DNA of 64,000 nt from contig NC_045696.1 of NCBI RefSeq assembly GCF_009834535.1, positions 15,254,001-15,318,000 of the forward strand, given 5' to 3'. Both the position numbers and the translations under genes were made by a program. The stretch comes from Camelus ferus. Its lineage: Eukaryota. Below, in pieces: positions 25,807 to 37,287 of this stretch. The notes under the pieces are model-generated. The model searched no databases and had not been told where the DNA came from. It was given only the letters and a program-made list of their open reading frames with translations. Position 1 is the first letter of the stretch, and every line of letters starts with the position of its first letter.

Positions 25807-27344
25807 CCTTTTCTCAGTGTTCTTTTCTTCCCGACTCCTGGCCAAATTAGTCAGCATTCTCGGTTGCAAGTAAAACAAACCAATTCTAGTGAACTTAGTA
25901 GGAGGAGGCCATGGCAAGGATGCAGTCAGTTGGCTCCAGAAATGAGTGAAAGCCTGGAGTACTAGGCTTAGAAAATGAGAGAAGCAAAAGAGAGACGGGT
26001 GGTTGAGAAGATAGTCATGATCCTTTCTTAAAAGCTGCCTACTTAGAAAGCCTCAATCGCTAGAAACTCACTGTAGCACATTGAGTTCTCAATTGCCAGT
26101 TTCTCAATGGATGTGTCTGCCTCTGTGTCTTTGTGCCGTTTTCCCAGTGGGGGGCATCTGACTGGCAGGCACAAGGTCAAATGGCCAGCCTTTGGCAGCT
26201 AGGGATCAAGAATGGTACCTACCTCCTTCCCAGGATAGGAAGCTTGGTAGAGAGGGTAGCTAAGGAAGGCCAATGTCCTTTGTATTCACAGTAGCCATTT
26301 ACAGTAAAGAACTGGCCATCTGGTGCATCTTATTTTAGTGTATGCAGTGATATTACAGGACATACTGGATTCTTACACATGGAGCCCCAATATCCACTCA
26401 TTCTGTCTCTATTGTCAGAATTTTCCCGTATGAAGCTTTGGGTAAAACAAAAGTATGCGTGTACATATGTTCACACACATAGGCGCAAACAGCAGGGCGT
26501 GCCAGGGTGAAGAATATTTCATAGAATTTTAGCTAGTGAATAATCTCTTGTTCTTTCCTGTCTATGTGAAATCACATTGAAGAAAACCCAATGTCAGGAA
26601 TAACTGCTTCCGGCATCGTAAGGGTTCTCTATCAAAACGCAGCTGGTTAAAGTTGGTAGGAGATCTCGGATTTTCCAAAGTGAACTAGCAGCATTTGAGT
26701 TTCATATGCCAAACTAACACTTAACAACAACCAAAAACACGTATGTGAGGGACGGAAGCAGAGCTGTAGTTGAGAGCTATCCAGGTCATGGTTAGGATAA
26801 ATCAGGGGTGAGGCCGAAAGAAGGATGAGAAATTGTGTAAGAGGATCTTTTAAATACAGATCCCTATGCCTGAAACCACCCAAAACGAGTTATTGATGAG
26901 AACAGTGACCTATGGGAACTCTCAAGCATATTATTTAAAAAGGAAAGAAAAGAGAGAGAGATTTAAAAAAAAAAAAAAAGTGGCAGGGGGCAAGGAGAAG
27001 GAAAGGAGAAAGAAAAAAAGAGAAAGAAGAAGAAACAGAAAAGAACACGGCACGTATTTTAAACACATGGAAATTCTGGACAAACATATTTTATTTAAAA
27101 TATGTTTATATATTTCTCACAAAAGCGTACATGCTTTCTAGGTAGTCAGTATAATTTCCTGCTTTATTAAGACCTAATATTTCTCTTTAATTTTCCCACA
27201 TCCCCCAAGCAATGCATTAGGCCAGAGTTCTCATGAATTATTAACTCTCCCAGAACATTTACACTAATCCCTTTTTATAATTTGAAAGGGTTTAAAAGCC
27301 TCTTGGTCGTGAATTTACCAAACCAAAATAACAGACTTTATCAT

Positions 27345-28110
27345 TGAAAATGCACGTTGGGCTAAAGACTCAGCTAAGTGCTGGGGACATAAAATCAAAG
27401 AAGAAATGTCTTCAAGAAACTTACAGTTTAGAAAAACACAAACACAGTTGATTACAACACAGCACAAGAGATGTTACAGAGCCAGGGCTGGCCAGGGTCA
27501 CGTCAGGAGAATCACAAGACTCAAGACTGAAGGAATGTGAATGAGAGCAAATGAACCGCAAGTGAGTAGCGGAGTCCTGTGATGTGTAACAGGAAGTTGT
27601 AAAAGACACAGCGAAAGAAATAATCAGGGACAAGCTCATGTGCAACGTGAAAGAATGTGTATGATCATAGGCAGCGGTGAGACAGTAAAAGGCTTAACTG
27701 TAGGAAATGTATTTTTCATTGTACATGGAACCCTGGGGAGTACATTTGAGGGAACAGGTTGGGGACAGAGAACACAAGCTATTATAGCAGTTCAGATGAT
27801 GATAAACAAGATCTGAACTGGGAAAGAGGTCGTAGGAATTAAGCAGAGGATAAATGCCCTTGGAGATATGTAGCAGTTAAAAAAATAGTCAGATCTTGGC
27901 TTTGGTACAAGTAATGGTGAAAACACTCAGGTTGGGCCAATCCCTAGTTCTCTAGCTTAAGTGATGCACCAATGGTGTTCCAATGGAACCGAAGCCATCA
28001 ATTTAGTGGGAGAAGAAAAAACACCCGTCTTTGAGCCTGCTGTGTTTGAGATGTCTCTGTCCGTACATGCAGTTGGGAAGCTAATGGAGCTGAGGGGCTA
28101 GGAATAGAGG
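27345..28110 (-). mobile_element. L2 LINE fragment
   Basis: Contains 'ctaagtgctggggacataaaatcaa', 'agctattatagcagttcagatga' and 'gtttgagatgtctct'. Confidence 0.7.
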
Positions 28111-28124
28111 CCACAAGTCATCAC

Positions 28125-28519
28125 TGAGGTTGGCAGGATAACACTCCATCCCCCCATGTCTCTCGAACTTGTGAATATATTACTTTATATGGCAAGAAGA
28201 GATTTTGCAGATGTGACTAATTTATGGATCACAAAATGAGATTATCCTAGATTATCCAGGTGGCAGAATATAATCTCAAGGGTCCTTTACAGGAAAAGCT
28301 AAGAAAAGGAGCATCAGAGGAGGAGCTGTGAAGAAGGAAGCAGAGATCATAGAAAGAGAGAGATTTGGAGATCCCACCTGGCTGACCTTGAAGCCTCCAG
28401 AACATGGAAGAGGTAAGCGCACCCAGCCTGACCTCCAGAGCTACGAGATAGTACATTTATGTTACTTTAAGCCACAAATTTGTGGTGATTTCTTACAGAG
28501 GCAATAGGAAATAAACACA
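28125..28519 (+). mobile_element. MLT1D-like MaLR LTR
   Basis: Reads 'ttgtgaatatattactttatatggcaag..attttgcagatgtgactaa...gattatcctagattatccaggtgg...gcaataggaaataaacaca'. Confidence 0.82.
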
Positions 28520-29836
28520 AACAACATCTGACAGTTAGCCAAATACAGAAGTGTGCTTTGCAGGTCAGGGTAAATGCTGAGAGAGAAATGGCGGTCAAAC
28601 AGAGCATTGGAGAAAATCAGCTTTTAAAGAGAAAGCAAAGTGAATATGCAGTTAACAGCTTCACAAGTTAAAAAAAAAATGTAGATGTATATAAACATAG
28701 ATGTATTTCAAATTTGGATCCAATATGGGAAGAAAGGATCAAAAGAAATAAAATAAGCATAAAAGATGTAGTTACTTTTCATGTGACATTTTCCCATATT
28801 CCTTTGATGGGGAAAATTGTTTTGACTTACAGGAGAGGTTGCTCAATTGGACACTTTTTTTTTCTTTTAAAAACTAAATGGAAGCAAAACTAAACCAAAT
28901 ACCCACAAAACAAAACTTAGCAGATATTCCTGGATGCAGCTTGCTGGACACAGTTTCTAGAGATCATAGAATATCGCTATGTATTTCCTCTACTGGAAAA
29001 GTACAAGGGTAGGTTACCCCCAGGAAATGAATGACTTCTCTCTCGGGCACTCTGTGCCTCCCCAGGAGTCTATATTTAAATAAATACTCCCTGTGAAGTA
29101 AAGGTCAGAAGACTTTGGTTGTGGCTGCAGTATTAGGAATCCTTTGCCCTAACAAATGAATGTGTGAAAGAACGTCATATAAAAGGAAACTGAAGGCACC
29201 AAATATTTCTCAACACTTTTTTCCCCTTTCCTCTCATTGAATCCAAATATTTTACCATCTTCTGCCAGCATAGGATTCAAATATGCACTGTGGGCATCTG
29301 AGGAGCAAAAATCTCAAGAGGCCAAGAAAAGCATGAGCTAATCCTGTAGGTTTCCCAGTCATTTCCAAATTTGCCTTTCAAAGTAAGAAACAGCCAGGAA
29401 GGTGAAAGACTGGGCTGGTGGTTTCAGCAACAGCCTCCAAATGAAGACATAGGTTCTTTTTTCGTAAGATTAATGTTTACTCACTGATGAATTCTGATGA
29501 ATTTTTTTCCGGCACAGAGAAGAAATTTAATTAAACTTTTTTTTTATTATTCTATTAAGGTTGAGTCATTGAGATTTAATACCACAGGCTTTTTATAGGG
29601 TAAAGAAGTTATTGGATGGGAGCTATTTAGACTTCAAAGTCTGGTCCCTGCTCGTTTCTCCATCCTCTTCTGCTGCTAGTCCTTCATACTAGCCATAAGG
29701 TATGAGTTGAAGGTCCTCACACTGTTCCATTCTCAAGGCTTCACACATTCTCTGTCTTGATTCTAAAGCCCCTTCCTCAGTGAGGTATCCCTGATTTTCT
29801 CAAGTATGGATAATCACTCCTTTCATTGGTCTAGAT

Positions 29837-30173
29837 CTGCTCTGCCCAATATGATAGCCACTACTTGCACACAGCCATGGAGCACTTGAACATTGTCTGG
29901 TCCAAATTGAGATGCACTGTATAAGTGTAAAATACATGCCAGATTTCAAAGACTTAATAGAAAAAAAGAAGTCAAAATATCTCATGAGTCCTTTTTCATG
30001 TTGATCACATATAGCAATGAAAATACTTTGCTTGCATTAGGTTAAATGAAATATATCATTGAAATAAACTTTACCTGTTCATTCTTACCTTTGTACATGG
30101 CTGATAGAAAATTTTAAATTACATATGTGGATCACATTTCTGGCTCAATTTATATTTCTATTGGATATTATTG
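29837..30173. mobile_element. MER33-like hAT-Charlie MITE
   Basis: Decayed TIRs 'ctgctctgcccaata' and 'tattggatattattg'. Flanked by GTCTAGAT and CTCTAGAA, the NTCTAGAN Charlie target. Confidence 0.85.
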
Positions 30174-31007
30174 CTCTAGAACTTGTCTAACTCAATCACT
30201 GAACTTGGCTAATTCTACGGTTGATGCTTTGACCTAACTCCTCTAATAGACTGGTTTTCCTTAATGGGAAGACTCATACCCTATTGATCTTTGGTCTTGG
30301 CTGCCTATGACAACACCTAAAATTTATTAGATACACAATAAAAAATCTGCATAACAAGTGGAAATGGAAATGAAAGCATAGGAAAATATTTTACAAGCAA
30401 TTATACAGCTCAAGTTATATTGTTGAAGCATTATTATTGAGTAAAATGGTGTAGGATTATATTTCCTCATTTTTCTTTTTGGTTCTTGGGGGATGTTTGC
30501 TAATCTATTATTCAAAAGTTATGAAAATCTACCACTAAAATAATGTTCCTACCACTTTAACTCTAAAAAACTGATCATATGCTTATGCCACCAAGAAGCA
30601 TAAAATTATTATTGACTTAGCTAATCAGTACTCACTTAACAGGAAACAGTGCATGTTCTCTTTTTTCTTTACCTCAAGAAGACAGTATTAAAATAAAGTA
30701 TATTCATTCATTAATATTCATATTACATATATTTATGAATGTGTCTTTCAGAATATAACATGCCATTGCAGATTTTCAAACAAAAGTCAATTCTACTGTC
30801 AACATTAAGGGTTTATTCCAACGGATTGCATCTCTTCAATTGTACTTGAAATTGCTATAGAAAGAAAATCATTTTTAAAAATTAGCTTTAGGACAATAAA
30901 GTCCTCTGATCACCAAAGAAAGCTTCAGTTATATTTTTTGACCTATACTTAGTAAAATCAAATAACTAATTGAAATATTTTATACAATTTTCACTGAACT
31001 AAAAATG

Positions 31008-31107
31008 NNNNNNNNNNNNNNNNNNNNNNNNNNNNNNNNNNNNNNNNNNNNNNNNNNNNNNNNNNNNNNNNNNNNNNNNNNNNNNNNNNNNNNNNNNNNN
31101 NNNNNNN
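31008..31107. other. Assembly gap (100 N)
   Basis: Run of exactly 100 N. Confidence 0.99.
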
Positions 31108-31324
31108 AGAAAGAAGAAAGAAAGAAAGAAAGAAAAAGACATAAAGGAAAGAGGATGTTTCTTTCCTACTTTCTACAGATGCTTTAAGTGAAAACAGGGC
31201 ATATTTATTAGGAAGATAGAGATTTCTAAAGCAGCTACTACTTGCTAATTTAAAATACAATGCAGTTATGTATATAATGTAAGTAATAAAAATACTGTAT
31301 ATTACTTTATTTTACATACTAGAA

Positions 31325-31530
31325 TAAGAATCAGCAAGCTTTTTCTGTAAAGGGACAGATGTCAAATATTTTAGACTTTGTGGGTTATAATGTATTGGTT
31401 GCAACTAATCAACTGTGCTGTCATAGCACAAAAGCAGTCATGTAAGCAAATAAACATGTCAGTGTTCCAATAAAACTTTATTTGCAAAAGAGAATTGGCC
31501 AGCCCATGGGACATAGTTTGCCAATTCTTG
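31325..31530 (+). mobile_element. MER58A-like hAT MITE
   Basis: Reads 'tcagcaagctttttctgtaaagggacagat..aaatattttagactttgtggg...gtgttccaataaaactttattt...atagtttgcc'. Confidence 0.85.
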
Positions 31531-32444
31531 GTACAGACTATAAAATAATTTGACTTTATTGGAAAACACATAATTTAACATATAATATAATAATTATTTT
31601 TTAATCAGGAAATATCATTTTAAATGGATAATATTGAATCATGTATAATTACTATGAAGAAATGGAAATTATCCCATTCTAGAAAGCATTCAGACTCATC
31701 ATTATTATATACTCTTCTGAGTCTAGGTTATTTTCTCCCTCAGTGGTAGAGTCAATTAAATCCAAAGCCATTTCTTTAAAAGTAAGTAAGCAAATAAATA
31801 AATAAATAAATGGGCTGTTTTATTGAAGAGGTCTCTTTTTCAAACATTTAAATTAATTATGTGATCTAATTAGCAAACTACATAGCTAACAGTTAAAGGC
31901 ATTTCTAGTTTTTAATGGTCTGTTTACCACTCTCATTTGGTTTTCTTCATTTTAAATGGAATAAATTAATTAAAAAGAGCTCAATGGACTGAATACCAAC
32001 AAGAAACACATCTGTGTTGGTCACACAACACAGTTTAATTACCAGCACAACTTAGTTTCACATTCGTTACTTAACAGTCCTCAGTTCTCATGGCACATTC
32101 ACTGAATTGCTTGTCTTTCTTAGGAGCCCTGAAGTGTCTCTCAAACAATACAAAGTAAGATTACATATGCAAAAACCTCCAATATTCACTTTCAAAGTAT
32201 TAAATGAAAGAAATTGACCCCTTCTTGAAAATATATAAGAATATGTCTCATGAAACTTTCATAGATCATGGAAACACTAGTTTTGCAGAATATCGGACAG
32301 ATGTGATATTCTTATCATTCGTTCCTGCAAGTGTAGGATACTCCTAGAGAACTCCAACCCCTTCCCATACCTTCAAAACCCATATTAAGGGGACAGAAAT
32401 AATCTGTATTGTAGCTTGGGGAAAACTATCATAATAAGTCATTC

Positions 32445-32447
<3 letters not shown>

Positions 32448-32519
<72 letters not shown>
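32448..32519. repeat. Compound (TA)~24(CA)~12 microsatellite
   Basis: Read directly from the sequence. Confidence 0.95.
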
Positions 32520-33064
32520 TATATGCACACACTTAATTTCTTACTTATTGGATCTTCCCTATTAGGAAGGGAGAGTAAACTCATTTTAAATATTCTATCT
32601 GGTTCCAAACTGTTTTCAGAGGGGATTCTGAAACATATTATTTGTCATCTTCCTTGGATGGAGGAATGCTTGCATCATCTAGACTAGATTTCCTTGGGTG
32701 AAAAAGTTGAAAGTCAGTTGAAGACTGATCTTTCCTGCTTTGGAGAGGAATTTTACAGAATAAGAATGGAGCCTACTAGCATGGATAATGGGTTTAGAGT
32801 GCATCACCACTTTTTTCCCCTGTAAATGGCTTCCAATAAAGCCCATCTATTTTAGAACATTACACTTTCAAAACAAAAAGTCTTAGTTTTCTCATACCTC
32901 TCACTAAAACTTCATATATCATATATGTATAAGAATTCTTATTTTTTTTCCCAACATACAAAGAGGAGAAGATTCAGACTTTCTTATTTTTAGTTCTCTG
33001 TGTTATTTTCTTTTTGGAAATTACCAACAAATAATCACTGGTAACCATCACCCATCTATGTTAC

Positions 33065-34787
33065 CCAAATTCATGACTTGAGGACTCTGAGAGTTTCCAG
33101 CTCCTGCTGGGTAGCTCTAATCACAAAGTCACTTGGCAACTCATGATTGTATATTCTGACTCTGTCAGGTCTCAGTAGTGTGTCAGAAGCTGCTTTATTA
33201 GTGGTGTGTACTTCCCTGCTGCAGATGGCATGACCTTGCTCCAGGACACTAGGGATTTTCATTGCAAGTCTCCCTTTGGAGTTTGCCAGAAACATCATGA
33301 TGTCTTTTTGTTTTGCTTTAAACCAGATACCTTTAGAACCATGGGATCTACCTGAGCACATGTCCTTATGGCAAGGACTGCTTGTTGTAGCCATTTAAGT
33401 ATCTTTCTCTCTGCCCCACTTACAACTAGAGACCTTCCACGCCATTTAATAAATGGGTTGGAGTAATGTCCCTAAATGTGGACTTGAAAAAGTCTACCAA
33501 CTTGGGCTTCTGTTTTAGTGGAGGGAGAGACAAAGTTCAATAACTTTTCCTTGACTTTAGAAGGGCTACCCCAGGTTGCCCTAGACACCTGGAGTCCTTA
33601 AAATAACACCAACGTAGTAGGCTCTTGGATGTTTTTGAGTTCATTTTTCATCCTCTGGAGTGCATATTTCTTATCAAAGCATCCTGAATTGATATTACTC
33701 GCTATCAGTTCTAATTGACATGACGTCTTCAACACTGTGGACCAATGAGGATTCTGAAGAATAGCCAGATGGACCAAGGTCGTTTGGACTATCTATTGTG
33801 ACCAAGAAAGAGTAGGAAATTTAACAGAATCCTGGAGCAAGACTATGGATAAATACAACATTTTTACTTGTGAATTGTTTCTAATCCTATTTTCCAAGGA
33901 CTTTTTGAAAAATAATGCATTCACTGTATCAACAGCCACACCAGAGGTTGTGTTAATCCAGTTTAGTAAGGACACCACATCTGACACAGCATCTGTGATT
34001 TGGTATGCTACTTAATTAAATTTGTGGTTGTAGTTACTCCAGTTGTGAGGCACATGGGGTCGGGAGGCTAAGGAGATAGGGAGCTGATTAGCCCCTAAGG
34101 AGGGCAAGCATTATCTTGTAAGACACCTGACACATCTGAGGGCTTCTGGAGGGTCTTGAAGGAAGGAAGATAGAGTCAGGTTGTCTTTCAATAAGGGAGG
34201 AGGGGGATATTTGTTCAGTCTTAGTGGGTTCAGGGAAATCTGGAAGTTCTAAGATTCAGAGCCCCATTTTTTTCTTATCAGAGCCTTTACTTGGGCACAG
34301 ACTTGATGAGCTGATCAATCATCTTTGAAGTTCTGCTATTCTTGTCATTAGGTTATAAGCCTGGTCTTTAAATTGGTCATTGATCAGGCTATTAAGGATA
34401 TGTGCTTTTAAAACACTGCCAGGGAGACCCTCTGACATCCACTGTCTTTCTGAATTTGTGTCTGATCTCCTTGCACCTGTCATTTTTACTTTTGAAGTCA
34501 TGAGCAAAAGTCACTCAGTGTCACAGTCATTGTGATTACTATTTCCCCATGCCTCTCAAACACCCAATATATTGCTCAAGCCAGTGCATTCCTTCCACCT
34601 GCATCCTATTTCAGTTCACCAGGAATGAAAAATTTTTTTGTTTTACTTCCATGGTATTCCAGGAAATGGTGATACTCTGATTCTCCAACTACTTTCAGTG
34701 ATGTCCGCATTGTCACACAGCCAGTGGGAGGTTTAACTCCGGACTCATTCTTAGGGACTGCTTCCTAGGGTCATTCCTTGAACAAAC
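33065..34787 (-). mobile_element. Decayed ERVL internal region (leader, gag, RT)
   Basis: ORF 33793-33987 gives SDVVSLLNWINTTSG..VDTVNALF (ERVL PDVVSLLEQINT..IDLANAFF). DPMVL and WSKxMPS motifs lie near 33340-33225. The region directly follows the LTR at 34788-35308. Confidence 0.85.
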
Positions 34788-35308
34788 TGTCTTAGATTAG
34801 ATTTTCTAGAAGCAAAGTCTAAAACAGAAATTTGAGTGCATACACTCTTTAGGAAAAAGAATTCATGACAGTGAAAGAAGCAATGGAAAGGAAGGCAAAT
34901 GGCTGAGCAAGGATGCATCTCAGGTAAAGTCTAATACTGACCTGATCAATGGGGCACCCTTTTTTTTTTTTAATGGCAATACTGGGGATTGAGCCCAGGA
35001 CCCTGTGTGTGCTAAGCATGTGCTCCGCCACTAAGCCATACCCACTCTCCAGTAGGAAGCTCTTGGGCAAAAACCATGAGTTGCCTAACCTTGAGACAAG
35101 GGGATCAAGCTTTGTATCCTCATAACAGTAAGTCTTCACAATGGGCTATCTCCTGTGGTAAACAGTGGAACATAAGCTTCTTGCCAGGCAGCACCCATGG
35201 GGAAAGGGGAATGAGCATTATGAGAGGTATAATCAACCCTTCTAGCAACTGGGAAATGTGTACACTAGCTTGTGAAGGGGATCCAAGTGGGACACCGAAT
35301 GCACCTAC
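34788..35308 (-). mobile_element. LTR16-like 5' LTR of the ERVL remnant (contains a SINE)
   Basis: 'tgtcttagattagattttctagaagcaaagtctaaaacagaaatttgagtgca' is an LTR16-type 3' end in antisense, abutting the internal leader. Confidence 0.75.
34960..35050 (-). mobile_element. tRNA-derived SINE (Vic-1-like)
   Basis: Reverse complement is GGGTATGGCTTAGTGGCGGAGCACATGCTTAGCAC..GGTCCTGGGCTCAATCCCCAGTA plus polyA, with A and B boxes. Confidence 0.88.
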
Positions 35309-36522
35309 TACTCTTTAACAAAAAAAAAAAAAAAAGAAAAGAGAGAGAAAGAGATAGAGAAAGAGAAAAAGTACCATTGTTTGCACTTATTCTGATTCCA
35401 GCAGAATTTTTCCTGCTTTACTGTATGTATGTACATGAAAAATGCTTCTAATTTTATAAATTTACTCACATCCTGACAGAAGAGATAAAAGAACGGCACT
35501 GTATTTTTCAATAAATACTTACAAAGCACCTGCCTTGTGACAGCATCGTATGTTGATTCTGTCACACTGCACACATGTGTATAGCAGGAGTAGTAGACAT
35601 CTTTACAAGTTCTTATGCATCACCAAAATATTATCCAAAGTAAGTTTGCAGCTTGTAACTACAGTGACCCAAAGCTGAAAATATTCTATGAAATAATATT
35701 TATTGTATCTCTGTAGCACAAAACTGGAAACATTTGGTCATGCCATCAATGAAATGTACTTTGCAGATGATGTACATGACAAAATACATAATTGTTTACG
35801 TAAACAAAATCAGCTTCCTAGTATGTCTCTCAGACTGGGTCCAGGAGAAAACTATTCAGATCTGGGTGTGCTGAAAATGATCAACATGGATGATTGCAAG
35901 GCAGTCAACACTTAAGATTATTATAGTGCAATCTAGAAAGCATATGTCAAAAGAAATAGAAATATCCTGAACATCGTAAGAGATAATGGATTGCCATTAG
36001 AGTAGAAATTTAACTATATTAGCCAACATTATGCTATGGATTTAAGCTAAGGAAAAAAATTGACAGAGCATTCATTTTTGTGTGTAAAAAAAGTGTTATG
36101 TCAGTCAGAGTTATGCTATGGTAATACATTATTCTAAAAACCTCAGAGGCTCGAACAACAAAGGATTGACTCTTTTGTGTGCAAGGCAATGAATGTGGAT
36201 CAACGAGGATGACTTTGTTCTCTGTGGTCACTCAGGTTGACAAAGGATTCATCATCATATTATGATGCTGAACAAACACAGGGTTTCTATTCAGAATAAT
36301 AGAACAGAGCAAGGAAGACCATACTTTCGCTTTGAAGTGCTTTGTCTGAAAATTGACAAGGGTCACCTTCAGTAACATCCTTTTTTAACCCATCTGTTAA
36401 CCCTCATATCCCCAAATAAATAGTAAAACATACAGAAAAGCATATTTTAGAAACAGGTGGAAAGCTGAATACCAATTAAATAACTGATGATATTAAGGCA
36501 TTTTTTTTTTAGGCATAAACAC

Positions 36523-36767
36523 TTTTTTTAATTGAAGTACAGTCAGTTACAATGTGTCAATTTCTGGTGTACAGCACAATGTCTCAGTCATGCATATACA
36601 TACATATATTTGTTTTCATATTCTTTTTCATAAAAAGCTATTGCAAGTTATTGAATATAGTTCCCTGTGCTATACAGAAGGGGGTGGAAAGGAATAAATT
36701 TGGGAGTTTGCGATTTGCATACATTAGCCAGTATATATAAAAACAGATTAGAAAAACAAATTTCTTC
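36523..36767 (-). mobile_element. 5'-inverted (twin-primed) truncated LINE-1
   Basis: 36523-36678 is the L1 terminal 3' UTR plus polyA on the minus strand. 36679-36767 is the immediately upstream 3' UTR segment on the plus strand (compare the uninverted copy at 60480-60720). Confidence 0.88.
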
Positions 36768-36959
36768 AGTATAACCACCTTCTGGTTATGTTTAAAACAT
36801 ATTATGATATAAAAAAAAACTCATGATCTAGAAATTTTCTGGAACTAAAAGCTAAATTAAAAATCTAAGAATTTGCATTTGATTTGAGTCATCAGATAGA
36901 TTGGTTAACAAAGTTATTCAGAATGTCTCTGCTTTCTCAATGAGCTGAGTCTAGATTTG

Positions 36960-37063
36960 AATTTATACTTATTTATTTTTAATTGAAGTATAGTTGATTT
37001 ACAATACTGTGTTAAATTCAGGTGTACAGCATAGTGATTTGTTTCTGTTTTTTTGCAAATTCT
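36960..37063 (-). mobile_element. LINE-1 extreme 3' end (about 85 nt plus decayed polyA), joined to a 7SK copy
   Basis: Reads 'ttttttaattgaagtatagttgatttacaatactgtgttaaattcaggtgtacagcatagtgatt'. Confidence 0.88.
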
Positions 37064-37064
37064 A

Positions 37065-37287
37065 GGATGTGAGGGCAATCTGGCTGTGACATCTGTCACC
37101 CCGTGTTGATGTGCAGTGTTGATCACCAGTGTTGATGTCATCTCCTGATCCTGCTGACTAGGCGGATGTCCCGTTCCTCTGTCCTCTGTCCTGTCCCTGT
37201 ACCTTTCCAGATAGAGGAGGACCTTTCTTCGGTCAAGGGTACACGAAGAGTTGCGTTCCTCTGCTAGAACTTCCAAAGAAGCTCTTA
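37065..37287 (+). pseudogene. RN7SK: 7SK snRNA retropseudogene, 5'-complete and 3'-truncated near nt 240
   Basis: Starts GGATGTGAGGGCaATCTGGCTGtGACATCTGTCACCCC. Contains GATAGAGGAGGACC..TCTTCGGTCAAGGGTA and CTGCTAGAAC.TCCAAA.AAGCTCT. It has internal indels, no 3' hairpin and no upstream promoter. Confidence 0.93.

Noticed and set aside
20330..35308. The two ERVL remnants as halves of one inverted provirus
   Set aside because: Both contain the same RT connection region in diverged form, so they are separate insertions.
37065..37287. Functional 7SK gene
   Set aside because: It is missing the last ~90 nt and terminator, has internal indels, and its upstream DNA is L1 rather than a PSE/TATA promoter.
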